A DNA stretch of 64,000 bases from an uncultured Gemmatimonadales bacterium (GTDB taxonomy: Bacteria; Gemmatimonadota; Gemmatimonadetes; Gemmatimonadales; GWC2-71-9), in contig CAVZZO010000001.1 of assembly GCA_963779755.1 (NCBI GenBank), forward strand, positions 1,376,001-1,440,000, read 5' to 3'. Under the pieces are notes generated by a model. The model was not told the origin of the DNA. It did no database searches and saw only the letters and a list, made by a program, of their open reading frames with translations. A program made the position numbers and the translations under genes. Positions 1-9,372 of this stretch are shown here, in pieces (position 1 is the stretch's first letter; each line of letters opens with the position of its first letter).

Positions 1-873
1 GCGTGGGTGATGCAGAAGACCCTGGGCACCTCGGGCGCCGAAACGCTCTCGGCCTCCGGCAACATCTTCCTGGGGCAGACGGAGGCGCCGCTCCTCATCA
101 AGCCCTTTGTCCGGGCGATGACGCCTTCCGAGCTGACCACCGTCATGGTGGGCGGCTTCGCCACGGTGGCCGGCGGCGTGCTGGCCGCGTACATCGGCAT
201 GCTGGCCGGATACTTTCCCGACATCGCCGGGCATCTGCTCGCCGCCAGCGTGATGAACGCCCCCGCCGGACTCTATCTCAGCAAGATCCTGATGCCCGAG
301 ACGGGCGAGCCGGTGACCAAAGGCTCGCTCAAGATGGAAATCGAGAAGACCGAGAAGAGCGTGATCGAGGCCGCGGCCGGCGGGGCGGCCCAGGGCGTCC
401 AGCTCGCCATCAATGTCGCCGCCATGCTGATGGCGTTCGTGGCGCTGGTGGCGATGCTCAACTTCGGGCTGCACTGGATGGGCGGCCTCTGGGGACAGGA
501 CAACCTGAGCCTCCAGTGGGCGCTGGGCAAGCTGCTCCAGCCGCTGGCCTGGGTCATGGGGGTGCCCTGGAAGGACACCTCCTACGTGGGCGGCCTCATC
601 GGGCTCAAGACCACGCTCAACGAGTTCATCGCCTACGCGCAGTTCGCCGGCGACCTGAGCAACGGCATCGTGCTCTCACCCCGTTCGGCGGTCATCCTGA
701 CCTACGCGCTGCTCGGCTTCGCCAACTTCAGCTCCATCGCCATCCAGATCGGCGGCATCGGCGGCCTGGCGCCCGAACGGCGCAGCGAGCTGGCCCGCTT
801 CGGCCTGCGCGCCATGATCATGGGCAATCTGGCCGCCTTCATCTCGGCCAGCATCGCGGGGATGCTGCTGTGA
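1..873 (+). CDS. nupC: Concentrative nucleoside transporter, CNT/NupC family (5' truncated by window)
   Basis: Motifs GNIFLGQTEAPL, GFATVAGGVL, NEFIAY, ALLGFANFSSIAIQIGG; next to a purine nucleoside phosphorylase. Confidence 0.92.
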   Translation, partial: AWVMQKTLGTSGAETLSASGNIFLGQTEAPLLIKPFVRAMTPSELTTVMVGGFATVAGGVLAAYIGMLAGYFPDIAGHLLAASVMNAPAGLYLSKILMPETGEPVTKGSLKMEIEKTEKSVIEAAAGGAAQGVQLAINVAAMLMAFVALVAMLNFGLHWMGGLWGQDNLSLQWALGKLLQPLAWVMGVPWKDTSYVGGLIGLKTTLNEFIAYAQFAGDLSNGIVLSPRSAVILTYALLGFANFSSIAIQIGGIGGLAPERRSELARFGLRAMIMGNLAAFISASIAGMLL

Positions 874-881
874 AGGGGAAA

Positions 882-936
882 AGGCGGCAAGACGGCAGGT
901 GGAGCGCTCACGTGCCGTCCTGCCGTCCTGCCGCCT
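882..936. repeat. Inverted 8-bp tandem repeat hairpin
   Basis: GGCGGCAA GACGGCAG ... TGCCGTCC TGCCGTCC TGCCGCCT around loop GAGCGCTC. Confidence 0.85.
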
Positions 937-939
937 ACC

Positions 940-1758
940 ATGACGACTGATCTGATTTCGGCCGCGGCTACGGTTGTGCGCGAACGGCTCGGCGCGCCGC
1001 TCCCGGCCACTGCCATCGTCCTCGGCTCCGGGCTGGGCGGGCTCACCCGGCGGATCCAGGATCCGGTGCGCCTTCCCTACCAAGAGATCCCGGGTTTCCC
1101 GCTGCCCACCGTCGAAGGACACGCCGGCGAGCTGGTCGCCGGGCTGCTGGGCGGAAGGCGCGTGCTGGCGCAGAGCGGCCGCTTTCATATGTATGAAGGT
1201 CACGATGCGGCCACCGCGGCGCTGCCGGTACGGGTGTTCGCCGAGTTGGGAGTGCGGACCCTGCTCCTCACCAACGCCGCGGGCGGCATTCGCCGGACCT
1301 TCCGCGCGGGCGCGCTCATGCTGCTGTCCGATCACCTGAACCTGACCTTTCGCAATCCGCTGATCGGCGGGGTCCTGGCGGGGGAAGAGCGATTCCCCGA
1401 TATGTCCGATCCCTACGATCCCGGGTTGCGCCGCCTGGCCCGCGAAGTGGCGGCGGAGCGGAAGATCCCGCTGGAAGAGGGGGTGTACGCCGGGCTGCTG
1501 GGGCCGAGCTACGAGACGCCGGCCGAGGTGCGGATGCTGGAGCGAATGGGCGCCGATGCGGTGGGAATGAGCACCGTGCTTGAAGTCATCGCCGCCCGGG
1601 CGCGAGGGATCCGCTGCCTGGGCGTCAGCATCGTCACCAACCCCGCCAGCGGCCTGGGCGCGCCGCTGTCGCACCAGGAAGTGATGGAAAGCGCCGGGAA
1701 GGCCGGGGCGCAGCTGGAGGAGCTGATCGAAGGAATCGTCGCCTCCTCGGCGGGCTGA
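940..1758 (+). CDS. punA: Purine-nucleoside phosphorylase (trimeric type)
   Basis: IVLGSGLG, GRFHMYEG, TNAAGG, GPSYETPAE, DAVGMST. Confidence 0.95.
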   Translation: MTTDLISAAATVVRERLGAPLPATAIVLGSGLGGLTRRIQDPVRLPYQEIPGFPLPTVEGHAGELVAGLLGGRRVLAQSGRFHMYEGHDAATAALPVRVFAELGVRTLLLTNAAGGIRRTFRAGALMLLSDHLNLTFRNPLIGGVLAGEERFPDMSDPYDPGLRRLAREVAAERKIPLEEGVYAGLLGPSYETPAEVRMLERMGADAVGMSTVLEVIAARARGIRCLGVSIVTNPASGLGAPLSHQEVMESAGKAGAQLEELIEGIVASSAG

Positions 1759-1766
1759 TGGAGGTA

Positions 1767-1913
1767 AACCGCAAAGACGCGAAGGGCGCGAAGGGACGCG
1801 AAGGCTGCTTCTACACTGAGAGGCGGTCTCTTGGCCTCTGCGATCCGCGCAGGGGTTGGGGGACGCGGTTGTACCGAGTTGCAGTTGTTCGCGCTCTTCG
1901 CGTCTTCGCGGTT
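1767..1913. repeat. MITE-like inverted repeat element with CGCGAAG units
   Basis: AACCGCAAAGACGCGAAGGGCGCGAA (1767-) vs TTCGCGCTCTTCGCGTCTTCGCGGTT (1888-1913), 24/26 complementary. Confidence 0.85.
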
Positions 1914-1918
1914 AGCAG

Positions 1919-2713
1919 TTAATCCGACGATGGCGCCGGGACTGAGTGATTGAGCGGCCCATGGCCCCGGCCCAGGCCGGGCGCGGATTCGATGGCGCGG
2001 TGGACGTAATCGAGCGCATCCTCCACCGCGCGCTCCAGGTCGCGGCCCAGGGCCAGCCCGGCGGTGACGGCCGCGGAGAGGGTGCAGCCGGTACCGTGCG
2101 TCGAGGTCGTGTCGATCTTCGCGTGCCGGAAGCGGCGGGTGGTGTTCGGCGTGACCAGGAGGTCGATTACCTCCGCGCCCGGCAGGTGGCCGCCGGTGAT
2201 GAGCGCGGCCCCGGCGCCCCGCTGAAGCAGTGCCCGGGCGGCGCGCTCCATGTCCGGCTCGCTCTCTACCGGGATGCCGGCCAGCAGCGCGGCCTCCGCC
2301 AGGTTGGGCGTCACCAGCCGGCAGAGCGGCAGCAGGTCGGCGCGGACCGCGTCTTCGCCCTCGGCGGTCAACAACCGGTCGCCTGAGGTGGCGACCATGA
2401 CCGGATCGAGCACGTAAGGGCCCCAGTCGCGCGAGCGCAGCGCCCCGGCCACCAGCCGCACCAGCGGTGCCGTGGCCAGCATGCCGGTCTTGACTGCCGC
2501 GGGCGGCAGATCCTCGGCCAGCGCCTCGAGCTGGGCCGCGACGATCGTCTCGGGGACCACATGCACTCCGTGCACGCCCCGGGTATTCTGCGCCGTAATT
2601 GCCACGATGGCGCTGGTGCCGAAGACGCCGAACTGGTGGAAGGTCTTGAGGTCGGCCTGGATGCCGGCCCCGCCGCCGGAATCCGAGCCGGCAATGGTCA
2701 GTGCGACACGCAT
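1919..2713 (-). CDS. thiD: Hydroxymethylpyrimidine/phosphomethylpyrimidine kinase
   Basis: [43 protein letters not shown]; start moved to ATG 2713. Confidence 0.95.
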   Translation of the reverse strand: MRVALTIAGSDSGGGAGIQADLKTFHQFGVFGTSAIVAITAQNTRGVHGVHVVPETIVAAQLEALAEDLPPAAVKTGMLATAPLVRLVAGALRSRDWGPYVLDPVMVATSGDRLLTAEGEDAVRADLLPLCRLVTPNLAEAALLAGIPVESEPDMERAARALLQRGAGAALITGGHLPGAEVIDLLVTPNTTRRFRHAKIDTTSTHGTGCTLSAAVTAGLALGRDLERAVEDALDYVHRAIESAPGLGRGHGPLNHSVPAPSSD

Positions 2714-2740
2714 GGGCCCGGTCTCCCGGCCGAAAGGGAC

Positions 2741-3508
2741 ATGAGCAGCTCCCTGCAGACGATCATTCGAGATCTCCGCCGCCGCCGCGGCCGCGAGCGG
2801 CGCGGGCTGGCGCTGGCCGAAGGCGTCCGGCTGGTGGAGGAGGCGCTGCGGGCGGGCGTCGCCTTTCGCGGCGCCGCCGTTGCGCCCGCGCTGGAAAGTA
2901 GCCCCCGCGGCCGGGAGCTTGCAGCGGCGCTGGAGCGGAGGAGCGTCCCGCTGGAGCGGATGGACGACCGCGCCCTCGCCGGCCTGGCCGACACCGAGCA
3001 TCCGCAGGGGATCGTCGCCGTCATCGAGCCGCCTCACCCCACGCTGAGCGAACTGTTTCCCGCGGCGGGCGAGGTCGTGCTGGTGCTGGACGCGGTGCAG
3101 GACCCGGGCAACGTCGGGACCATGCTTCGCACCGCGCTGGCGCTGGGCGTCGCGGGCGTCATCGCGCTCGACGGCACCGCGGAGCTGACCAACCCCAAGG
3201 TGCTGCGGGGCGCGATGGGCGCGCATTTCCACCGGCCCGCCGTGATGGCGCGGCAGGAAGAGTTCCTCGCGTGGTGTGCGGAGCGGAAGGCGGAGCTTTG
3301 GGTGGCGGACATGGACGGCGAGCCGGTGCAGGGAAGGCCCGCCGCGCCGCTGGCCCTGGTGGTGGGCAACGAAGGGGCCGGCGTGCGCGAGGCGCTGCGG
3401 GAGCGCGCGGCGCGGCGGGTGGGCATTCCCCTCGCTGCCGGGGCCGAATCGCTGAACGTGGCCGTGGCCGCGGGCATCCTCCTCTACGAGGTGATGCGTG
3501 AGCGCTGA
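2741..3508 (+). CDS. TrmH/SpoU family RNA methyltransferase
   Basis: [27 protein letters not shown]; start ATG 2741. Confidence 0.92.
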   Translation: MSSSLQTIIRDLRRRRGRERRGLALAEGVRLVEEALRAGVAFRGAAVAPALESSPRGRELAAALERRSVPLERMDDRALAGLADTEHPQGIVAVIEPPHPTLSELFPAAGEVVLVLDAVQDPGNVGTMLRTALALGVAGVIALDGTAELTNPKVLRGAMGAHFHRPAVMARQEEFLAWCAERKAELWVADMDGEPVQGRPAAPLALVVGNEGAGVREALRERAARRVGIPLAAGAESLNVAVAAGILLYEVMRER

Positions 3509-4271
3509 TCCGTTCGTGGTGCTCGTCGCCGGGCTCTTCGGCGCCGTCATCGGAAGCTTCCTCAACGTCTGCATCCTGCGGCTGCCGCCGGGCGAATCGG
3601 TGGTCTCGCCGCCATCCGCCTGCCCCAGGTGCCATCAGCGGATCGCCTGGTATGACAACGTCCCCATTCTTTCCTGGCTCTTCCTGCGGGGACGCTGCCG
3701 CCGCTGCGGCAATCGCATCTCGGTCCAGTATCCTCTGATCGAGCTGGCCACGGCGCTTCTCTGGGTCTGGATGGCCTGGCGCTTTCCCGACCTGCTGGAG
3801 GCCCTGCGCGCCGCCCTGTTCCTCACCCTGCTCCTGGGCATCGCCATGACCGATGCGCGGGAATACATCATCCCGGATGAATTCTCCATCGGCGGGCTGG
3901 TGCTGGGCCTGGGCCTGAGCCTCATCCACGGGCTGGACGGACTGTTGACGGCGGCGATCGGCGCGGCGGTCGGATTTACGACGCTGTGGCTGGTGGCCGA
4001 GGGCGGGAAGCGCATGTTCCGGCGCGAAGCGATGGGCGGCGGCGACATCAAGATGATGGCCATGATCGGCGCCTTCCTCGGCTGGCAGGGCGTCTTCCTC
4101 ACCATCTTCCTGGGGTCGGTGGTGGGGACCCTCGTGTTCGGGCCGCTGGCGCTCTTCGGGCGGAAGAAGGAAGTGCCGTTCGGCATCTTCCTCGCGCTGG
4201 GTGCCGCCGTCACCTTCCTGTGGGGCGGGCTGCTGATCGACTGGTACCGGGGATATCTGGGAGGCATGTGA
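3498..4271 (+). CDS. pilD: Prepilin peptidase / N-methyltransferase
   Basis: GSFLNVCILR, two CxxC pairs (CPRC, CRRC), MGGGDIK, PFGIFL. Confidence 0.93.
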   Translation: MSADPFVVLVAGLFGAVIGSFLNVCILRLPPGESVVSPPSACPRCHQRIAWYDNVPILSWLFLRGRCRRCGNRISVQYPLIELATALLWVWMAWRFPDLLEALRAALFLTLLLGIAMTDAREYIIPDEFSIGGLVLGLGLSLIHGLDGLLTAAIGAAVGFTTLWLVAEGGKRMFRREAMGGGDIKMMAMIGAFLGWQGVFLTIFLGSVVGTLVFGPLALFGRKKEVPFGIFLALGAAVTFLWGGLLIDWYRGYLGGM

Positions 4272-4272
4272 G

Positions 4273-5484
4273 GTGAAACGAAGGAATACGCTGGGGCTGA
4301 TCTGTGCAGCGGGCATGGTGGCCGCCATGCTCCCCGGCTGCCGGGGCGAACCGCAGCGGGTCGCGCCCGGCCGCCTCCAGGTGCTGGTGGACAGCCTGCG
4401 CCCCCAGGTGGAGCGGGTGACCGGCCTCCAGTTCAAGGGTCCCATCCAGTCCGCCATGCAGACCAAGGACCAGGTCCGCTCCTACCTGCTGCGCCGGTTC
4501 GACGAGGAGATCCCGCCGGCGAAGCTCACAGGCATCGAGGACGCCTACCGGCTCTTCGGGCTCATCCCCGATACGCTCGACCTGCGCGGGCTGCTGCTCG
4601 ATCTCTACACCGAGCAGGTGGCGGGCTACTACGACCCCGAGAGCAACACGCTCTTCGGTGTCGAGGGCGCCGATCCCGCGCAGCTGAAGCTGGTCCTGGC
4701 GCACGAGCTGGTGCACGCGTTGCAGGATCAGTATACCAACCTCGATTCGCTGCTCTCGCTGAAGGGCGACGACGACCGTCAGTCGGCGGCCCAGGCCATT
4801 CTGGAGGGCCAGGCCAACCTGGCCTCGCTCCAGCTCATCGCTCCCGAGCGGGCCAACGATCCCGCCTTCTGGGACACCTTCCTCGACGCCCTGCGGCAGC
4901 AGCAGTCCACCATGCCGGTCTTTGCCCGCTCACCTCTGGTGGTGCGGGAGGACCTGCTCTTTCCCTACGTGGCCGGCGCGGAGTTCATGCGCTGGTGGGC
5001 CACCTCGCCGCTCAAGGATACCGTCCCCTACGGGCCCCGGATGCCGGTCTCGACCGAGCAGATCCTGCATCCCGAGCGGTATCTCAATGGCGATGAGCCG
5101 GACGGCTTGCGCTTCGCCGATACCGATTCGGCCGAGTATGACAATGTCCTGGGAGAGCTGGAGCTGCACGTGCTGGACGCGGTGCTCAAGGGCAGTGAGG
5201 ATGTCGTGACCCGCACCGTCCCCGGCTGGGGCGGCGACCGGTTCCGGGTCTATGCGACCCCCAATGGCCCCGCGCTGGTGTGGTATACCGTGTGGGACAG
5301 TCCGGTCTATGCCCAGCGCTTCGAGCTGGGCCTGGGAGCCCGGATGGCGATGCGCTCGCGGCAGGGCTATCGCACGGCGATGGATACGCTGACGGTGGAC
5401 AGCCTGCCCGCCGTACGCATCACCGTGGCGCCGGCCGGGTGGACGCGGTGGGGTCGGGAGCCCGGGGTGGAGCTCCGTCGGTAG
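4273..5484 (+). CDS. Putative zincin-like lipoprotein
   Basis: Lipobox-like LPGC, HELVHALQDQ (HExxH), downstream LEGQA. Confidence 0.7.
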   Translation: MKRRNTLGLICAAGMVAAMLPGCRGEPQRVAPGRLQVLVDSLRPQVERVTGLQFKGPIQSAMQTKDQVRSYLLRRFDEEIPPAKLTGIEDAYRLFGLIPDTLDLRGLLLDLYTEQVAGYYDPESNTLFGVEGADPAQLKLVLAHELVHALQDQYTNLDSLLSLKGDDDRQSAAQAILEGQANLASLQLIAPERANDPAFWDTFLDALRQQQSTMPVFARSPLVVREDLLFPYVAGAEFMRWWATSPLKDTVPYGPRMPVSTEQILHPERYLNGDEPDGLRFADTDSAEYDNVLGELELHVLDAVLKGSEDVVTRTVPGWGGDRFRVYATPNGPALVWYTVWDSPVYAQRFELGLGARMAMRSRQGYRTAMDTLTVDSLPAVRITVAPAGWTRWGREPGVELRR

Positions 5485-5496
5485 GACAGCTCCGGA

Positions 5497-5644
5497 ATTC
5501 ACCGCGAAGACGCCAAAGGCGCGAAGGTTGCGAAGTCATGTTGTGTGGGTCTATCCGTCGGGACCAGGCTGCGCCTGACACCCTGGGAGGGCCGCCAACA
5601 GAACACAGATTACTCTTCGCGCCCTTCGCGTCTTCGCGGTGAAT
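5497..5644. repeat. MITE-like inverted repeat element, 30-bp arms
   Basis: ATTCACCGCGAAGACGCCAAAGGCGCGAAG (5497-5526) vs CTTCGCGCCCTTCGCGTCTTCGCGGTGAAT (5615-5644), 28/30 complementary. Confidence 0.9.
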
Positions 5645-5647
5645 CAG

Positions 5648-7213
5648 TCATCGCCCCAACATGACGTTGATCCCGAACGCGATCGCGCCCACGATCGCTC
5701 CCAGCACGTAACCCAGGTTCACGATCAGGTCCAGCTCCTTCTGCGTCACGTTGCGGACGATCTCCTCCATCCGCTGCGTGCTGAACCCCAGCACCTTCTG
5801 CTCCACCATCTCCTGGACCTGGATCTGCCCCACCAGCATGGGGATCTGGCTCTGCACCCAGCCCCAGGCGGCCTCCACCAGATCCTGCCTGACCCGTGCC
5901 GAGCGCTCCTCGCCCAGCCAGCCGGCGGGGCGGCCCAGCGGGCGGTCGAGCAGGTGGTTCGCCACCGAGCGTACCGTCTCCTCCACCCACTGCTTCCCCC
6001 GCGGCCCCGCGGCGGCATCGGCAATGAGCCGGGCCAGCGTCTCGGCCGGGATGGCGTCCAGCACGTCTCCCCAGGTCCGTTGCTCGGCGGCGTGCAAGGC
6101 GCGGTCGACCGTCTGGCCGATCACCCGCCGGGTACCGGCATCGCGCGCCAGCTTTACCGCCCAGTCGCCCAGGGTCTTCTCCAGATCGGCCCGGCGTTGC
6201 TCGCCCAGCCGGCGGAATCGCTCGGCCAGGGGAATGCGCAGGAAGCTCACCACCGCATCGTTCACCGCGCGGGCAACCTGGGCCTCGATGGCCGGACTCT
6301 TCAGCTCGAAGCCCAGCCGGTCCAGCCCCCGCCTCTCGAACCCGTCCACCAGCCGCGCGATGGTGCGGTCGGTCACCACCATCTTGGCAAGGATGCGCTC
6401 GTGCAGCAGCAGATCGCGCACCGTATGGTCGAACGCGTCGCGCAGGGCGCCCTCGACCTGCCGCCGGGTATCGGGGTTCTGCAGCACCGAGCCGAGCCGC
6501 TCCACCGCGACGGGGAGATAATCGGTGATCCCCTGCTCGACGGCCCCCACCAGCCCGGGCGGCAGCCGCTCCAGCAGGGGCCGGTCGTCGCGTGCCAGGC
6601 TGTCCATCTGCTGCGTGATGAACCCGCGTACCGCGTTCTCCAGTGCCTCGCCCTCGGCCATCTGCCCCACCCACTCGTCCACCTTGCGGGCCAGTGACTC
6701 CCGGCGGCCGGCCGTCAGCACCTCGCCCAGCGGCCGGTCGCCCAGCTCGGCGCGGAGCTTCTCCTGCCAGACCTCCACCCGGGCGACGAAAGCAGGGCCG
6801 GCCGTGTACTCCGCCAGCCGCCGGGCCACTACATCGCTCAGTTCGGGCAGCGCCTGCTCGACGGTCTCCAGCAGGGACGGGCTCAGGCCCTGGCGGAGGG
6901 GGCCGCGATCGCGCTCCAGCAGGTCGTTCAGGAAACCGCCGATGGCCCGGGCGAAGGTCTCATAGACGCTCGGCGTGCTGAGCCGCTGGGCCAGGTCCTC
7001 CGGCGTCAGCAGCCGCTCGCCCACCGCCTTGCCCACGCTCTTCGCCAGACGGGCCTTGTTCTTGGGGATGGCGCCATGAAACCGGAACGGCCCGAACCCG
7101 CGCCGGTCGTGGGGATGAAACAGCATCCAGACGGCGACGGCGTTGGTGATGCCGCCGGACAAGGCACCGACCAGGACGGTGACGATGCCGGTGACGAGGA
7201 GCTGGTGGTTCAT
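5648..7213 (-). CDS. DUF445 family membrane protein
   Basis: N-term GGITNAVAVWMLFHP..GAIPKNK, C-term ELDLIVNLGYVLG; start ATG 7213. Confidence 0.85.
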   Translation of the reverse strand: MNHQLLVTGIVTVLVGALSGGITNAVAVWMLFHPHDRRGFGPFRFHGAIPKNKARLAKSVGKAVGERLLTPEDLAQRLSTPSVYETFARAIGGFLNDLLERDRGPLRQGLSPSLLETVEQALPELSDVVARRLAEYTAGPAFVARVEVWQEKLRAELGDRPLGEVLTAGRRESLARKVDEWVGQMAEGEALENAVRGFITQQMDSLARDDRPLLERLPPGLVGAVEQGITDYLPVAVERLGSVLQNPDTRRQVEGALRDAFDHTVRDLLLHERILAKMVVTDRTIARLVDGFERRGLDRLGFELKSPAIEAQVARAVNDAVVSFLRIPLAERFRRLGEQRRADLEKTLGDWAVKLARDAGTRRVIGQTVDRALHAAEQRTWGDVLDAIPAETLARLIADAAAGPRGKQWVEETVRSVANHLLDRPLGRPAGWLGEERSARVRQDLVEAAWGWVQSQIPMLVGQIQVQEMVEQKVLGFSTQRMEEIVRNVTQKELDLIVNLGYVLGAIVGAIAFGINVMLGR

Positions 7214-7228
7214 GGGTTGGGGAGTATA

Positions 7229-7260
7229 GGCGGCAGGGCGGCAGGGCGGCAGGGCGGCAG
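7229..7260. repeat. (GGCGGCAG)x4, left arm
   Basis: Four perfect 8-bp units. Confidence 0.95.
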
Positions 7261-7350
7261 GTGGGCCGACCCGGACGCCTCCGCGGGCTTCTGAAACGCC
7301 CAGCGCTCGAATGATGACAGTCGAGAGGCAGGCGCTGAATACCGTGGAGC

Positions 7351-7776
7351 ATGCCAAACGCCACCTCCAAGCCCTCGAGGCTCAGTTCCTTTCAGCGCCT
7401 CACGGCCTGGCGCGCCTGCCACGAGCTGACTCTCGCGATATATAGGCAATCCGACTCATGGCCCGAGACCGAGCGCTATGGCCTGATCTCGCAGGTCCGG
7501 CGGGCGGCCGTGTCGTGCTGCTGCAACATTGCGGAGGGCAGCGCAAAGCGTGGGAGTGCCGAGTTCAGGCGTTTTCTCGACATGGCCCTCGGTTCACTGG
7601 CCGAGATCGAGGCTCTGTTTCTCATCGCGAGAGATCTTGGGATTCTCCAGAAGACCACCTGGGGAGAACTTGAGGCTTTCCGCGACCACGCTGGCAAATT
7701 GGTTTGGGGTCTGTACCTGGCTGTCGGGAGGCGGACAACGCCGCGGCCTGCCAAGCCCAGAACGGAGAAGGGATAA
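7351..7776 (+). CDS. Four-helix bundle protein (23S rRNA IVP / TIGR02436-like)
   Basis: L.AW...H.L...IY...WP..ERYGL.SQVRRAA.S...NIAEG...EF.RFL..A.GSL.E signature. Confidence 0.9.
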   Translation: MPNATSKPSRLSSFQRLTAWRACHELTLAIYRQSDSWPETERYGLISQVRRAAVSCCCNIAEGSAKRGSAEFRRFLDMALGSLAEIEALFLIARDLGILQKTTWGELEAFRDHAGKLVWGLYLAVGRRTTPRPAKPRTEKG

Positions 7777-7815
7777 GGGAACGGTCTGGCACGCCGGGCT
7801 CTTGTGCAGCATTCT

Positions 7816-7895
7816 CCGCCTTGCCGCCTTGCCGCCTTGCCGCCTTGCCGCCTTGCCGCCTTGCCGCCTTGCCGCCTTGCCGCCCTGCCGCCTTG
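7816..7895. repeat. (CCGCCTTG)x10, right arm, inverted relative to 7229-7260
   Basis: Ten 8-bp units, one variant CCGCCCTG. Confidence 0.95.
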
Positions 7896-7922
7896 CTCCT
7901 AACCCCATGTCCGCGCTATAAT
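7893..7922 (+). promoter_or_regulatory. Putative sigma70 promoter of ffh operon
   Basis: TTGCTC-N18-TATAAT, 9 nt before ATG 7932. Confidence 0.6.
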
Positions 7923-7931
7923 TCCCGGCTT

Positions 7932-9320
7932 ATGTTCGAGGAGCTTTCGTCCAAACTGACCTCCACCCTGGCCCGCTTCACGGGCCGGGGTGTTCTGACC
8001 GAAGAGGCAGTCCGGGAGGGCCTGCGGGAGATCCGCCGGATCCTGCTCGAGGCGGACGTCAGCTTCGACCTCACGAGGGAATTCCTCGAACATGTGCAGG
8101 CCAAAGCGGTTGGGGCGGACGTGCTCAAGAGCGTCCGGCCCGGCCAGCAGCTGGTCAAGGTCGTCTACGACGAGCTGGTGGCCATGCTGGGCGAGACGCG
8201 CGCCCCGCTGGCCGTCGCCTCGGTGCCGCCCACCCTCATCCTGGTGGTGGGGCTCCAGGGCTCGGGCAAGACGACCACCGTGGCCAAGCTGGCCCGGCGG
8301 CTCAAGCAGGAGCAGAAGGCGCCCTTCGTGGTGGCGGCCGACGTCTACCGTCCCGCCGCCGAAGAGCAGCTGAAGCAGCTGGCGAAGCAGGTGGAGGTCG
8401 GTGCCTTCGGCATGACGGATTGGGTGGGGCAGGGTGGACCTGCCGTCCTGCCGTCTTCCCGTCCTGCGGCGGGGTCGGTGGATGTGGTGGGGCTCGTCCG
8501 CTCGGGCATGGAGGCCGCGGGCAAGGCCCGGGCCCGGACGGTCATCGTGGATACCGCCGGCCGGCTGCAGATAGACGAAGAGATGATGCACGAGCTGCAG
8601 GGCCTGAAGGGCGCCCTGCGGCCGCAGGAGATCCTCCTCGTGGCCGACGGCATGACCGGCCAGGATGCGGTCCGCATCGCCCGCGGGTTCCACGAGGCGC
8701 TGGGCATCACCGGGGTGGTGCTCACCAAGATGGACGGCGACAGCCGCGGCGGCGCGGCGCTTTCCATCTATGGCGTCACCCACGCGCCCATCAAGTTCGT
8801 GGGCACCGGCGAGCGGGTGGATGCGCTGGAGCCGTTCCACCCCGAGCGGATGGCGGGGCGCATTCTCCAGCAGGGGGATATCCTCTCGCTGGTGGAGAAG
8901 GCCCAGGCCACGGTGGACGAGGCCGAGGCCGAGAAGCTGGCGAAGAAGGCGGGCAGCAAGAAGGGGCTCGATCTGGGCGACTTCCTCACCGCCATGAAGC
9001 AGCTCCAGAAGATGGGGCCGCTCAAGAACGTGCTGGGGATGCTGCCGGGGGTGAACCCGGCGATGCTCAAGTCGGCCAACGTGGACGAAAAGCGGATCCG
9101 CCACATCGAGGCGATCGTGCTCTCCATGACGCCCAAGGAACGGGCCGACCCCGACGTCCTGAACGGATCGCGCCGGCTGCGCATCGCCAAAGGCTCGGGC
9201 CGGACGGTGCAGGAGGTAAATCAGCTGCTGAATCAGTTCAAGCAGATGAAAAAGTTCATGAAGGTGGCCGGGCGTCCCGGCATGAAGCTCCCGCTGGGGG
9301 GGATGTTCCCCGGGATGTAA
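7932..9320 (+). CDS. ffh: Signal recognition particle protein
   Basis: LLEADV, GLQGSGKTTT, DTAGRL, TKMDGD.RGG, M-domain SMTPKER..SRRLRIAKGSG. Confidence 0.97.
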   Translation: MFEELSSKLTSTLARFTGRGVLTEEAVREGLREIRRILLEADVSFDLTREFLEHVQAKAVGADVLKSVRPGQQLVKVVYDELVAMLGETRAPLAVASVPPTLILVVGLQGSGKTTTVAKLARRLKQEQKAPFVVAADVYRPAAEEQLKQLAKQVEVGAFGMTDWVGQGGPAVLPSSRPAAGSVDVVGLVRSGMEAAGKARARTVIVDTAGRLQIDEEMMHELQGLKGALRPQEILLVADGMTGQDAVRIARGFHEALGITGVVLTKMDGDSRGGAALSIYGVTHAPIKFVGTGERVDALEPFHPERMAGRILQQGDILSLVEKAQATVDEAEAEKLAKKAGSKKGLDLGDFLTAMKQLQKMGPLKNVLGMLPGVNPAMLKSANVDEKRIRHIEAIVLSMTPKERADPDVLNGSRRLRIAKGSGRTVQEVNQLLNQFKQMKKFMKVAGRPGMKLPLGGMFPGM

Positions 9321-9372
9321 CCGGCAGTCTGGACCGCGGCGCCACCGGCGCCGCCTGCGACAGGAAGAGCTA

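Noticed and set aside
899..912. GAGCGCTCAC as a third LacI operator
   Set aside because: Single copy forming the loop of a repeat hairpin inside an operon, without the AT-rich flanks of the 26381-26429 sites
7351..7776. Diversity-generating retroelement (Avd homolog)
   Set aside because: No reverse transcriptase and no TR/VR pair with adenine-specific mismatches seen in the window
7704..7931. N-terminal extensions with AALPPCRL or HQPSAIS repeats on ffh, DUF445 and ilvE in the ORF track
   Set aside because: They are translations of intergenic tandem repeats; homology and promoter positions support downstream starts
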